A stretch of DNA of 63,972 bases, filler included, from Lama guanicoe (Eukaryota): assembly GCA_013239625.1 (NCBI GenBank). It is 96 parts of 96 records of this genome, joined end to end, with 100 filler letters (N's around TTAATTAATTAA, not from the genome) between each part and the next. Parts side by side here need not be neighbours in the genome. Positions count along the whole stretch, not along the records: positions 26,324 to 26,890 come from PNXV01028316.1; positions 26,991 to 27,515 come from PNXV01028319.1; positions 27,616 to 28,075 come from PNXV01028320.1; positions 28,176 to 28,592 come from PNXV01028322.1; positions 28,693 to 28,952 come from PNXV01028323.1; positions 29,053 to 29,559 come from PNXV01028325.1; positions 29,660 to 30,137 come from PNXV01028326.1; positions 30,238 to 30,644 come from PNXV01028327.1; 88 more parts are not named here. One strand, written 5' to 3'. A program made the position numbers and the translations under genes. Below, piece after piece: positions 26,224 to 40,124 of this stretch. Within the stretch, counting starts at the first letter, position 1. Every line of letters starts with the position of its first letter. A model generated the notes under the pieces. It did not search any database and was not told the DNA's origin. It worked only from the letters and a program-made list of their open reading frames with translations.

Positions 26224-26990
26224 NNNNNNNNNNNNNNNNNNNNNNNNNNNNNNNNNNNNNNNNNNNNTTAATTAATTAANNNNNNNNNNNNNNNNNNNNN
26301 NNNNNNNNNNNNNNNNNNNNNNNAGGGATCTCCCTAATTAAAAGCAACCAGGTCATCTCCAAAAGACCCCTTTGACAATTTCAATCACTGCAACTCATAG
26401 CCAGGAAAATGACTCACCACCTTGTCATGTTCCCCTCATGGTATGTCAAAAATCTGAAACTTCAGAAGTTTCCCTTAGAGGATCAACTTGTACCCCCTCT
26501 AAAAATCCATTAGCAAGTCAGAGTGTTGGAGGTGATCATGCTCCGCTGTTTTAAGTGTGTAAATGTTACCAGTGCAAGGGAACTGGTACTGGTTTATGAC
26601 ATACAGTGCCTTTTGTGTAAGGCATAGGGCAGATTATAATCTTTCTGGAATCCTCCATCATTACCCGAGTTTTAATAGACCTTCTGCTTATTGATTTCTC
26701 TACCTAAGTCATCATTCTCGAGCTGATGTCTAATGCTGCTGTGCTAAATAATTGAGAGCGTGGAGATTTACAGGGAAAGCCAGGCGAGCCAGGGCACGCG
26801 GCAGGAAGCGGCCTGGCGGTAGGACAATAAACGTGGGCAGAAGAGGCCGTGCTGTCAGGATAGGAATATCGTATGATTAATTGCTCTATTNNNNNNNNNN
26901 NNNNNNNNNNNNNNNNNNNNNNNNNNNNNNNNNNTTAATTAATTAANNNNNNNNNNNNNNNNNNNNNNNNNNNNNNNNNNNNNNNNNNNN

Positions 26991-27316
26991 GATTAATTGA
27001 CTGTAAGTGTGTGGGTTTATTTCTGGGCTCTCTATTCTGATCCGTTGATCCATATGTCTGTTTTGGTGCCAATACCACACTGTTTTGATTACTGTAGCTC
27101 TGCAGTATTATCTGGGAGGGTTATACCTCCAGCTTCATTCCTTTTCTTCAGTATTGCTTTGGCAATTCTGGGTCTTTTGTAATTCCATACAAATTTTAGG
27201 ATTAATTGTTCTAGCTCTGTGAACAAATGTCCTGGGAATTTGATAGGGGTGGCATTAAGTCTATAGATTGCTTTGAGTAGTATGGCCATTTTAATTATTC
27301 CAATCCAAGAACATGA
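26991..27316 (-). mobile_element. LINE-1 ORF2 fragment
   Basis: Minus translation [57 protein letters not shown]. Confidence 0.92.
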
Positions 27317-27615
27317 GTTAACGATGTATATTTGTGTGTGTGTGTGTGTACATGTGTGTGTGTGCATGTGCTTGTGTGTGGTGGGGGAAACAGGCAGTGT
27401 GAACCCATTTCCTAAATGCATTGCTCTTTCCCCTTGAGGCTCTTCAAGTTCTTCATAAGAGTGACTTGTCAGAGATTTTGGTGGGATAGTTGCTATTAAG
27501 TTTCTTGCACGATTANNNNNNNNNNNNNNNNNNNNNNNNNNNNNNNNNNNNNNNNNNNNTTAATTAATTAANNNNNNNNNNNNNNNNNNNNNNNNNNNNN
27601 NNNNNNNNNNNNNNN

Positions 27616-28075
27616 TCCAGACCTGAGCCAGTTCTCAGACCCAGGACTCACTGGCTGAAGGGAGTCGAGTTCCCCTGAGGAAATACCCTGAAATCCATGA
27701 CAACTGTGTGCAGTGTGAATTCCCCATGTCCTTCCATGTAGATATCAATGGCTATTTTTCAGATTTCCATTCACTGACAGAAGGGAAGATCTAGGTCCCT
27801 TTATGTCTACTGGATGCAGAGTCCAATTTGACACTGATACCTGGGAGCCAAAGTACCACCATGAACCCCCATTAGAGAAGAAGGATTTGGGGAGATGTCT
27901 TAATTTGAGTCCTGTCTTAGGTCTACCCTTATCTCAGTGGGTTCTCTGTCTCCACATATCCACTTGGTGGGAATCTCACCAGTTTCCAAATATCTCATTT
28001 GAAGGGACATATGCAGAGTTGGCCAGAATCCTCATGTTGGTTCTATAACCTTTGGGATAAAAGCTTTAGTGAGAA
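27616..28075 (+). mobile_element. ERVL internal fragment (gag end and protease), degenerate
   Basis: PDLSQFSDP, RVPLRK, LLDAESNLTLIPG (aspartyl-protease LLDTGS-like motif) and QNPHVGS match recalled ERV-L gag-pro; frameshifted. Confidence 0.75.
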
Positions 28076-30744
28076 NNNNNNNNNNNNNNNNNNNNNNNNN
28101 NNNNNNNNNNNNNNNNNNNTTAATTAATTAANNNNNNNNNNNNNNNNNNNNNNNNNNNNNNNNNNNNNNNNNNNNGAGAACAGAAACTGGATCAGAAAAA
28201 GCACAAAGGTGCTGTGCAAGGTGCAATGATATGGACAAATATAGGAGAACGGGGTAGAAATCCGTTTTGAATCGAACAGAGGTCACTCAAGGGCCAACTA
28301 GCCATCCTGTTTAGTGACATCGTTTCTCGGTAAAACCGCAGGAGAGACGTGGGCTTGCCTCCAAACCGTCAGAACAAAACTCCTGGTAAAACTCACTTCT
28401 CGTGGGATTGAAGAACGCCTGCTCCGTAAGCAGCCCTCCTGGAGCCGTCTGTACCGTATTTACAGGTCAGCGGCAGCCCCCCCGAGTTCCCTCACCACGT
28501 GCTCCATCCGCAGCTTTAATTTAGCTCTCTTTCCTTTCTCCTTGTTTCCTCTCCACATTGTCTAAGTGCTAATAATAATAATTCAATTTAATNNNNNNNN
28601 NNNNNNNNNNNNNNNNNNNNNNNNNNNNNNNNNNNNTTAATTAATTAANNNNNNNNNNNNNNNNNNNNNNNNNNNNNNNNNNNNNNNNNNNNACTCTTAT
28701 GAAAATTTCAGTGCACAGTCATGTTAATTATGATGTTTCACCCACGATGCCACTTGAACATATCATCATCTTGCATTGTTTCAAAATATTGAATGTATGT
28801 AATTACTCTAATTATTTATGTTGCCTTATTTTAGTTGTAATGGTTATATGTTTTACCAGGTTTGTTTTCTTCAATTGTAAAACTGTCTGCTCAAGCAAAC
28901 TAGAACTACCCAGTGTTTCACAATGATACCCTGTACACTTTGCCTTCCCAAANNNNNNNNNNNNNNNNNNNNNNNNNNNNNNNNNNNNNNNNNNNNTTAA
29001 TTAATTAANNNNNNNNNNNNNNNNNNNNNNNNNNNNNNNNNNNNNNNNNNNNTGAGTCAAGTGAAATAGTTTTCCATTTACACTGCTGCCTTGTTTTGCC
29101 CAGTTCTTTTTTCTTCCCTTGGCAGAAAATTCATAGTGGAACTTATTATTCTTTCTGGAATTACTCAGGCAACTAGTCCTCTTGTTTAAAAAGATTATTC
29201 CTCTTTTGTGTGGATGATTCATATCACACGCGTACCTTTCATTCTTTTCTTTAGTTTGAGGAAAATATGCCTATAGCTCCTCCAAAAGTAACAATATCAT
29301 AAAGGTACAAGACAAATGGAAGTGGGGATAAGCATAATGGAAAATATATTAACATACAGAATACTTAAAATCCACACAAACACTCCAACAATGTACTTGT
29401 GTGACTTTGTTGCTGGGCTGAACCACTTTAATGAGTTTGTCAGCGCCTCCACTACTCCTTCCACGCGCTGGGGGCAGGGCAGGGCCCCGCTTCAACCTAC
29501 ACTGCAATTTAGATTTTACGTCAGTCAGAGCCCAGTCAAAAGACAGAAATCACATAAGTNNNNNNNNNNNNNNNNNNNNNNNNNNNNNNNNNNNNNNNNN
29601 NNNTTAATTAATTAANNNNNNNNNNNNNNNNNNNNNNNNNNNNNNNNNNNNNNNNNNNNAAAGCCTACAGGTACTTACAACTACTAACAATCACATGAAT
29701 AAATGATGACCAAGTCTGGTCCCCCTAAAATGATGTCAAGCTCAGTCGTATTGGGATTTCAGAGGCTAATTCATGGGAACCAGGAGGGAATTTAGAGAAA
29801 CACGGAATTCTCTGAGGTTTTTCCCCAGGAGGGCATCCAGTTCTCATTCCACGATTTTAGTTGAGAAGTAATTAAATTGTCTGTGGGATCTAGCTGGATA
29901 TGTTGAGGGTATACATGTGCTTTTTGCATTGCTCGTTTTTCCTTCTTTTTTCCAATTTTCTAATTAAGCATAATTTGCAAATAATTAACAGCCATAGTTT
30001 TTAGTGCATGATTGACTCCAAGAATTTGGTCAAATTTACCTGGTCATATAACCACTACTACAATCACAATATAGTAGAGTTCCATCAATGAAACAAAAAC
30101 CCCAAGCTTTTTTGTGCCAAGGGCAGGAGATGATCAANNNNNNNNNNNNNNNNNNNNNNNNNNNNNNNNNNNNNNNNNNNNTTAATTAATTAANNNNNNN
30201 NNNNNNNNNNNNNNNNNNNNNNNNNNNNNNNNNNNNNTCTGGCCGCACTTCATGGAAGTTGCTGCCTGTAAGAGATGGAATAGATTTATCTGAGCTAATA
30301 GGAAGAGGGTCTCTCTCTCCTCTCCCTCCCTCCCTCCATACACAGGCATATTGACGTATCCACATACCGTAAAGGTTAAAAAAAAATTCAAATGAACACT
30401 TCTTTGTTCTGCTATAAAAACTGTGTGTGTTCACAGTATATAATCTGAAAATACAGAAAACAATGGGAAAAAAAGCATCAAACATACCCCAATTTGTACC
30501 ACTTCTCCATCTCTCTCTATATACTTGCATAGAAATACTTACATTTTTACACAATGATCATTTTTCCATACATATGTTTTAAAATATTCTTAAACGTTTT
30601 ATTAATTTTTTTTAAGTTTTTGTTTTGGAGGTAATTAGGTTTATNNNNNNNNNNNNNNNNNNNNNNNNNNNNNNNNNNNNNNNNNNNNTTAATTAATTAA
30701 NNNNNNNNNNNNNNNNNNNNNNNNNNNNNNNNNNNNNNNNNNNN

Positions 30745-31384
30745 CAACTAGCTTTCTTTCTTGTGTTCATCATTAGTGAACTTTTCATTCTGTGGCAATG
30801 TCCTATGACCGCTACATGGCCATCTGTAACCCTTTGCTCTACAAAGTCATCATGTCATGAAGGGTGTGTTGGGTGCTGGTGGCGGTCCCCTATCTCTATT
30901 GCACATTTGTTTCTCTTCTAGTCACCACAAAGATATTTAATTTACCCTTCTGTGGCTACAATGTCATTAAGCATTTCTACTGTGACAGTCTCCCTTTGAT
31001 ATCTTTGCTCTGCTCACTCGTGAAATTGAACTGATTATTCTGATCTTAGCAGGTTTTAATTTGATTTTCTCCCTTCTGATAGTTCTTGTGTCTTACCTGC
31101 TTATTCTTGAATCTGTTCTCAAGATGAACTCTACTGAAAGTCGGCACAAGGCTTTCTCTACCTGTAGGTCCCACCTGACAGTGGTCACAGTGTTCTACAG
31201 GACTATGATATTTATGTATGTGCAACCAGAGTCCAGTCATTCCCTTGACACTGATAAAGTGGCTTCCATATTTTACACCCTTGTCATCCCCATGTTAAAT
31301 CCCTTGATCTATAGCTTGAGGAACAAAGATGTAAAATGTGCCCCACAAAGGATGTGGAAAAAACTATGCAATGTTTTCTCTTAA
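30745..31384 (+). pseudogene. Olfactory receptor pseudogene, OR8K3-like (5' part missing)
   Basis: [51 protein letters not shown] and [16 protein letters not shown]. In-frame TGA at 30858-30860 plus two frameshifts (near 30792 and 31016). Confidence 0.92.
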
Positions 31385-32721
31385 AGTTTATGTACTGTAG
31401 GAATCCTATGCATTAGTTTGTGGGTTTCAAACTTTGGTCCATTTGTCTCCAAAAGGAGTAACAAGCACAAATATGTTCAAAACCCATACAGAGATGGTCT
31501 TCTATGTGGCAGTCACACTTCTATGCATTGTACAGACATTGGCACACAAAAGTGCAAACACTATCTGCTTTCCTTGATGAAGAAAGATGAATTATAAATA
31601 TAATTAAGTAAATTTTATCATACCTCAGAANNNNNNNNNNNNNNNNNNNNNNNNNNNNNNNNNNNNNNNNNNNNTTAATTAATTAANNNNNNNNNNNNNN
31701 NNNNNNNNNNNNNNNNNNNNNNNNNNNNNNCTATTAGAAATGTCAGTTCTTGCTTTTATAAAGTTTGCAACCATGGCGAAAGAGGAGTTTTTATGTCAAG
31801 CATACTTAACGAATGATATGTGATTCTCATTAACAGTGAGAAAATGTAATTCGAGATAAAGCAAAGTCATCTTTGCTTTAGAGTTTAGAATTTCATCGTT
31901 TCCTAATAGGTTTATGTGTAGAGAGATCATTTTGTTTGATTTCAACTGTGCTTGCTTTAGTTTGAAAAACTGGTGGTTAGTAACATGGAAAATACCTTTT
32001 TTGCCACCACAGTGAGTTACAATTTGTTCTCAGCAACTCTCAGAAGATTGGAGTCAGATGCAGCCAATTTTCTCCCAGTTGTGTTTTGTTTTGTTTTCTT
32101 TGTTTTTTCATTTTGCCTGAATGATGTAAGTTTTCAATCAGCTACATAATAGTGGTTTTTCTGTAGGATAGGTGAGTTTATGTAATTTGGCTTATGGGAA
32201 ATTGTATATACTCTCCATTTTGATACCTCAGTTGGCCCTGTGCACTGGACGCTCCCTGCAGGAANNNNNNNNNNNNNNNNNNNNNNNNNNNNNNNNNNNN
32301 NNNNNNNNTTAATTAATTAANNNNNNNNNNNNNNNNNNNNNNNNNNNNNNNNNNNNNNNNNNNNCAACAAATTTTTGCATTTAAATTATCAGCCAAAATA
32401 AATAAGTAACTGTATCTTGGTATCATGAATCATCACCAACCAACTCATTTTTAGTAACATTTTCTATGCAACTACACAACTCTAGGTTACTTTAATTATC
32501 AGCACAAAGTATTATACTGTATGATGCACTGTGTGTTTATGATATACTCAGTTTGTTTTTTAAGATAATCCTCTCATTTCTGCTCCAAAATGCATTCGCC
32601 AACTTTATTTCAACACCAAATGCAAATTTACTTTATGATTTTCAACGTGTTCAGAGGAACACTCAAGTTAATATTTACACCTTTAACAGTCATTCCCTTC
32701 CAGTCTGTTGCAGTACAGGTA

Positions 32722-33255
32722 CAGTACTCCCCCCCTTATCTATAGTTTTAGTTACCCTCAGTCAACCACGGTCTGAATTACTAAAAGGAAATTTCTAGAA
32801 ATAAACAATCCATAAGTTTTAAACTGTGTGGTGTTCTGAATAGCATGATGAAATCTCCCATTACCCCTCTCCATCCCACCGGGGCGCGCCAACATCATAA
32901 TCTGCAGCTAACATCCAACTATCGGCTTGAAGATTCAGGATCACCTGATGCAGATAATCCTTCTGACGTATCTCCAGGAGGTCAACAGCAGCCTAACACT
33001 GCGTCACAATGCCTACGTCACTCACCTCAACTTCACCCTCTCATGCAGGCATTTCATCGTTTCACATCATCACAAAAAGAAGGGTGAGCACAATACAGCA
33101 AGATATTTTGAGAGAACAGAGAAAGGCCACGTTCACAGAACTTTTATTACAGTATCTTATAATAATTGTTCTATTTTATTATTGATCACGGTTGTTCAAC
33201 TCTTACTGTACCTAATTTATAAATTAAACTTTATCACAGGTATGTATGTATAGGA
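32722..33255 (+). mobile_element. TcMar-Tigger element, MER44-like
   Basis: TA target followed by terminal CAGTACTCCCCCCCTTATC; contains acttttattacagtat and ctaatttataaattaaactttatca. Confidence 0.8.
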
Positions 33256-35019
33256 NNNNNNNNNNNNNNNNNNNNNNNNNNNNNNNNNNNNNNNNNNNNT
33301 TAATTAATTAANNNNNNNNNNNNNNNNNNNNNNNNNNNNNNNNNNNNNNNNNNNNTCCAAATAGAAATAATAATGATGGTGTCTACAATATACATGTTAT
33401 TAACGAAATCAGTAGAATATATTGAGAGAGCCACACAGGATGAGTGGAAATGATTTCTGGAATTAAGAAAAATCTTCAAAAAGAGAAGATGATATTGAAA
33501 AGCTTTGAAAGCTAATAAAGGCTTTTAAAACCAGAGCTCCAGTGAACCTCAGTCTGGAGCAGGCACCCATTTGACTGTGAGCCCTTGAGGCCAAAACCCT
33601 CACCTCTTTCTGGTCCCTTGGGATTAAGTCGAGAGGCCCCAGCGGACGAATACATAAGACTCTTGCGCACCAGCTCCTTCAGGTGTGTGAATAGCTTACT
33701 TTTCTTTTCATCTTGAGCTTTTCCATTTCTGTTGGATATCTCACAGTTGATTTCCCTCACTCTTCACAGTGTGGGCTATAGTTTGGACCTCGGAAAAGAA
33801 CACTGTTTTTATGGTGCATATAAAAAGCATTTTCTGAAAGGGAGGGCCACCCCGCCCTGTCGACTCCAGTCCACCATTGAAGTCCTTCCCCAGTGTGTNN
33901 NNNNNNNNNNNNNNNNNNNNNNNNNNNNNNNNNNNNNNNNNNTTAATTAATTAANNNNNNNNNNNNNNNNNNNNNNNNNNNNNNNNNNNNNNNNNNNNGT
34001 GTCTGTGTGCATGTGTGTGAATTTCCTGAAGGTATGTGCTGTAATTATCCAGTATTCTGGAACCTCTCATATATCAATTTATCTCTATAATCTGATCATT
34101 TGCTGCAGTCAGGGTATGTCCCATTTCTATTCCCCCACAAAGTTCACTCATGTTTGTAAAATAATTATTTTAGCTAAAAAAGAAGACTTTTTACATTTCA
34201 AAAAGGAAAAAAAGTGACATACAAAGAAAAAAGAAAAAATCATCAAGGATATGAAACTTACTTTTTAAGGAAGCAATTTAGGGTACTTTTCTACCCTGAA
34301 GTCTACCTAGCTCAAACAGCCTTGTGCTGAGAACGCAGGCACTCTTAAGAAAGCCCTCAACTCAGAGCATTTTGTCCCTCAGCTGGGCAGGGGTCAAAGC
34401 AATCAACAGTAGTTTAGACTAAACAGGAAGAAAACCAGCTCAGTTCATGTGGCAGACACACAAATGGTCATCCCATTCAGAAACAACCTAAGTTTGAAAA
34501 GAATTTAGGTTGCAATGGTTGGCTTATACATGTAGATAAATACCTACAACTTCTGTCTCTTTTAAATGTATTTAGTAAGCACACTCAACCATTATATTGT
34601 GCAGAAGTTTCCCACAGAGACTTCATGAAAATCAACTCAATGTCTTTTTTTAAAATTATCCCAGACACTGCTTCTGGTACAGAGGAAACCAAGCATCCCC
34701 TTTGCCTGGGCCCCCCCAGTGTAAGGAAAGCCACTAAGTNNNNNNNNNNNNNNNNNNNNNNNNNNNNNNNNNNNNNNNNNNNNTTAATTAATTAANNNNN
34801 NNNNNNNNNNNNNNNNNNNNNNNNNNNNNNNNNNNNNNNCCAGGCCCTTCCCGCTCTGGTGCGCAGCCGAGAGCTCAGAATCTGCCTGCCGGGTCATGAT
34901 GCCCCTCTGGCCACTGCCCAGCGCTCCTCAGAGGGCTGAGCCGGAGCCTCAGCACTGCCTCTGGAGGAGCTTCTGGGCTGTCTGTTGAGCTCTGTGAGCA
35001 CCTGACCAGCCTGCACACC

Positions 35020-35677
35020 CCTGACTTAATGCCAATTCTCGCAACTGCCCCCCTCTGATCTATCTTCGAGGCCACCAGCCTGAACCTCTGATCACCATTC
35101 ACCACAGGAACCTCCCAATCATGTTCCATCCTCCTCGAGCATCGCAATTATTTGAAGGTGGTACATCCCCTGTCTCCTCCTGTGCTGTCCTTAACAACTA
35201 ACCCTCCTGGGTGTTTTTCTCACTCTAATTCTTCAGTGTTTGACAATTGGCCCATCACAACTTCCTCTGATACAATCCCAGTCTCACTTAGTTATTTCAA
35301 TATCTGCAGAGTTGACCCAGTTAGAACCCTAGCTTCTCAGAGGAGGAGACCATCTCAGCTCAAAGAAGTCAGTCTTCATCCTACCTCCAACCTACTCCCA
35401 CTGCAGGGTTCTCCCATGCTCCCAAACCATCACACGTAATATTCCTACCATCATCTTAATGTCAAGGATCTCATGCTCCATCAAAAGCCTCATTCTCCTT
35501 TTTAGCTCACTCCGTCTTATGGTCTAAAGACAGCTCTTCAACCCCATAATCCATTGCCCCTACCAACTCTCAAATGTCTTTTAGTCTCTCCCTGTACCCT
35601 TACTTATTGAATTAGATTATGTGGCCCATTTCTATACTCACTGCTTGCATACGCCTGCAAATCCCCTGCCCCCTTCT
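35020..35677 (+). mobile_element. Degenerate LINE-2 fragment
   Basis: Pyrimidine-rich; tatttcaatatctgcagagttgacccagttagaaccctagcttctcag resembles the L2 EN segment GDFNIHVDDPSNTLASQ. Confidence 0.5.
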
Positions 35678-36871
35678 NNNNNNNNNNNNNNNNNNNNNNN
35701 NNNNNNNNNNNNNNNNNNNNNTTAATTAATTAANNNNNNNNNNNNNNNNNNNNNNNNNNNNNNNNNNNNNNNNNNNNCAAGCTCTGTCTTCCTACCTCTA
35801 AAGGTAAAGTCTGATTAAAAGAGAACATTTTTTTCTTCTGCATTCACGTCTCGTTTTCGCAGTCCATTACTAGGTAATATAAGGCATATAAATGGTGCAC
35901 GTGCAGATACAGGGAACCACAGTGAAATGATCCTTTCTGTCCCACTGTCCTGTCGAGTCCTTAAACCAGAAAAAGAAAAAAACACCCCAGGGTTGCAGTC
36001 TTTGTTATGGGCCTCCCACCCTCCTGCCCTCCACTTTCTTTCCTTTTCCGATTTTCTCATAGATCAGGAAGCTTGATGTTACAAACAATTGATCAAGTTT
36101 AAAGGGACATTGCTATGGGATTATGGGTGGAAATGTTATTTTATTTTTTAGCAGAAACCTTTATAATATAACTTTGAATTAAAGCCTAAGTTCCTTCCAT
36201 TTGAACTTTAAAATGCATTTTTATGACTTGAAAGAAAAGTAATATGATATAGAGATTCTTTCAATTACACTATTAAGAACATACTGTCTCAACTATCATA
36301 TATTACGTGTGTTGCTACTTGGCAGCTACTTAAAGNNNNNNNNNNNNNNNNNNNNNNNNNNNNNNNNNNNNNNNNNNNNTTAATTAATTAANNNNNNNNN
36401 NNNNNNNNNNNNNNNNNNNNNNNNNNNNNNNNNNNCACAGGGCATTCTGAAACTCACTGGGCAGATCCCCTGGGCTTCACTAACACTTAACTTTTTTGCC
36501 ATCACGCACTTGTAAGTGAAGGCCTTGCCGCAGCAGGGCAACCCGGAAAGGCTCAGCATGATGCCCCCCAAGCCTGGCAGCCTTGGACACAACACTCCTG
36601 GGAGGTGCAGCCCCAGGCGGCGGGTCTGGGGCCAGCAGGATCTCAGGGGGTGGGGAGGAAGGGACGGAGGGCTGGTCCAGTGCCCTGAGGGAGATGCTCT
36701 GCGGGGTGGGGACATGGTGCAGTGGAGACAACAAGGGGTGGGAGCAGGCAGACACAGCCAGCCCAGCTGGTCTCCGGGGGGCCAGACGGCAGTCCGGAGC
36801 CGGGTGGCAGGCTGTGGCGAGGTGCGGTACCCGGCCCCCAGCCCCTGGCCGGCCTGGTGAGGTGCACTCGC

Positions 36872-36924
36872 CTGCCCACAGTCTAGTTGGCCAGCTTCTT
36901 CATGTAGTTGAACTACTTCTTCAT
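36872..36924 (-). pseudogene. Unprocessed pseudogene copy of ARHGAP17-like exon 1
   Basis: cccgcc-ATG AAG AAG TAG TTC AAC TAC ATG AAG AAG CTG GCC AAC TAG ACT GTG GGC AG|gcgagt gives MKK*FNYMKKLAN*TVGR, versus recalled ARHGAP17 MKKQFNRMKQLANQTVGR. Confidence 0.8.
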
Positions 36925-37587
36925 GGCGGGAGAGGCAGAGGCGGCAGTGACCCGCGTGGCTCAGGCTGGCCAGGACAGGGGATGGCCTTGTGGCTCCTAC
37001 ATCACTTCCCGGGCAAGGTGGTGGCGACTCCACAGGCTGGCAGCCCTGATCTGGCTGTGTCCCTTCCAGCGGCGCCGCCCCAGGGGCCACCCAGGTCGGG
37101 CCCAAGGAGGAGAGCCCGGCCCAGGCCACAGACCTGGGTGCGTGCCGCCTGGTCCCCACCCCTCCCATTGCTCCCTGTGCCTCGGGAGGAGTGGCCACTC
37201 AGGGCCTCACAGTCCACTAAGACCTCAGCATGCTTTCGCTCAGCGATCGCCNNNNNNNNNNNNNNNNNNNNNNNNNNNNNNNNNNNNNNNNNNNNTTAAT
37301 TAATTAANNNNNNNNNNNNNNNNNNNNNNNNNNNNNNNNNNNNNNNNNNNNTGACATTATTAATGATTAGGAAAAAGCCAACAAAATTCCTAATATTCAT
37401 TATTTCTTTGAGTACATTTATAGGGACTTTCAAAACAGATCTCTCATTGCAAAGATCCTTGGTTAGAGCAAATCCTGTAAAAGCTAAGTCATTTCTTCCT
37501 TGGAAAGTATTCATTTTATATTTAACATATTTAGATAGCATTTTCTGGACTATATTGTGGAGATCTGGTTCAAATTTGGTTTTTTAA

Positions 37588-37740
37588 CTTTTTTTTTGAA
37601 TTGAGGTATAGTTGATTCACAATGTTAGGTAGTTTCAGGTGTACAACAGATTGATTCACAATTCTTAAAGATTATATTCATTTATAGTTATTGTAAAATG
37701 CTGGCTATATTCCCCATGCTGCACAGCATATCCTTGTCTG
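37588..37740 (-). mobile_element. Short LINE-1 3' end
   Basis: Poly-T followed by gaattgaggtatagttgattcacaatgtt...agtttcaggtgtacaaca. Confidence 0.7.
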
Positions 37741-39788
37741 TTTCCTGTAATAAACATTTATTTTTCCAATCCCCAAATTATAAATTTCATCTACAATTAG
37801 ATTTGATATCAAGGAGAAACCTACAGCATTTTCCTTTTCATTTTGAGTTTTAATATCTCACTTCCTTAACTTATACTCTTTGATTTCACCAAGAAAAAGT
37901 GATCAGGTCAATTAAAACCACACAATCATAGAAAAGTTATTTGAAGGTAAAAAATATCCTCCTACAGAAACATGTTATATTGGAATTGTTTTCAAAAGCC
38001 TTTAAAGATTGATGTCTGAACTCCATGGGGACTCACACTTGCCCTTCNNNNNNNNNNNNNNNNNNNNNNNNNNNNNNNNNNNNNNNNNNNNTTAATTAAT
38101 TAANNNNNNNNNNNNNNNNNNNNNNNNNNNNNNNNNNNNNNNNNNNNTCCTGTTCTTGAGAAAGATGATGAATTCAGGATGCTGTTATCTATGGATCATT
38201 TTAATATGATCTTTTTTATTAACTTTAGAAAGCTGGAAATTAGTAAACAACCATGTCTGTTCCTACTTAGAGCTGGATGAGCTACTTTGAGCTCTGTAAA
38301 ACAGCCCATCAGCTATTCTTCTTTTACTTTGAGGTACTTAGGAAGCAGCGAGGCATTTCTCCATCATAAAATCAAACCGCCTGATTCTGCCGCTGGGTCT
38401 GCAGGCCACAATAGGGACTCTGAAGGGGAGCTGCTCCTTTGCCCTAATTCTCCGCTTGACTCATCTTCACAATGCACATCAGCAATTCATTAACAGGGGA
38501 CATGATCTATTGATAAAAAGAGCAGGTTGAAAGGTTGCCACTCATTTGCATAAGTGCAGTAATGGGAGTGTCCATTGTGTGTGTGTGTGTTCTTCACCCA
38601 GCAGGGCCCATTCATCAGCTGTGGGCTGATGCCCATGGGCTTTCATGATGAGAGGATATCTCTGGTGGACGAAGTGCTCTTTGTTCTCCCAGCCCCCAAC
38701 ACTGGCTCACCCAGCCAGGCCGTTATTTCATATGCCTGATCCTAACACTTCTTACCCTCTGTTTTCGGTCCTAACCCCACTGCTTGTTTGGCTGCTAACG
38801 TAGATCCTTCCAGTTCATCCTCAAAGCTTCAGAAGCCTCTGCCCTTCCNNNNNNNNNNNNNNNNNNNNNNNNNNNNNNNNNNNNNNNNNNNNTTAATTAA
38901 TTAANNNNNNNNNNNNNNNNNNNNNNNNNNNNNNNNNNNNNNNNNNNNGCAACTGCTACTTGATTAAGTATGATATTAAGGAAACAAAGATAGTTTTCAC
39001 ACTGATTCTGCCTTAAGTATTCCTTCAACAGAGTAAGCTTATATTGTAGCCTCAGTCCTCTAAGTAGATCAACTTTTTTTTAACAACAGGTAAACCACTT
39101 GTTTTAAAAAGGCCTTTCTTTCTCTTTAGCTCATTGTTCATTAAGACTCCTATTTCAGGATCTATCTCCTTTTTTTCTTTAAGCTTTCTGTTGAATATTT
39201 TAGAAATTCATGATACCTGAGCGTATTCTCTCTAGTGTAATTTTCTGCTCAGCTGGCGTCTGCATTGACTGTTGGCCTCAATGAGTGGACAGGTAACAGG
39301 AAAAGGATGCCAGTGCAAGAGGAGGACACAAAATACAACTGTGTCGTGCAACCTAGAAGCTCACAATTGTGCATCACTATGTGACAAATTTTTATCATAG
39401 GTTATTTCCCAAGTCACACTTAATAGAAACCAAATGAGGGTTTAATTCGTAAGTCATTCATCTCACAATAAACTGTAAGCTCCTTAATGTCAGGGGCCAT
39501 CACCTTCAGTAATTAAATCTTTGATCAAAAATTAATTTTCAGTAAATATTGAAGTGATTGTAAATACAGATACATGTGCACATACTCAAACATTGTTAAA
39601 CCCAGCGTATAAGTGATTTGAACAGAGCCTCTGAGATCAGTAAAATGGGGTTTCTACAGAAGCACCTAACTCTCTGGGCCATAACAGANNNNNNNNNNNN
39701 NNNNNNNNNNNNNNNNNNNNNNNNNNNNNNNNTTAATTAATTAANNNNNNNNNNNNNNNNNNNNNNNNNNNNNNNNNNNNNNNNNNNN

Positions 39789-40024
39789 GCATTCCGTATT
39801 CTATATTCTAAATTCTGTGTCCTAAATTGTTAATTCTTAATTCTATATTCAGTATTCTCTTTTCTATATTCTAAATACTGTGTTCTGAATTCCATGTTCT
39901 ATATTCTATTTCAGTATTCTATATTCTATGTTCTTAATTCTGTGTTCTATATTCTATGTTCTAAATTGTATTTTAAGTATTCTGTATTATATATTCTAAA
40001 TTATGTGTTCTGCATTCCATGTTC
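39789..40024 (+). repeat. 7-bp-based satellite (TATTCTA)n
   Basis: Same variants as 25659-26223 (ctgtgttctgaattccatgttcta). Confidence 0.9.
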
Positions 40025-40124
40025 NNNNNNNNNNNNNNNNNNNNNNNNNNNNNNNNNNNNNNNNNNNNTTAATTAATTAANNNNNNNNNNNNNNNNNNNN
40101 NNNNNNNNNNNNNNNNNNNNNNNN

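Noticed and set aside
26640..26890. Possible conserved non-coding enhancers (also 38300-38580)
   Set aside because: Only a compositional impression from TAAT-, Sox- and octamer-like motifs; unsupported without cross-species alignment.
36380..37303. Long overlapping ORFs of 238-272 aa
   Set aside because: GC-rich open frames with no recognisable protein; the real signal is the 53-nt pseudo-exon.
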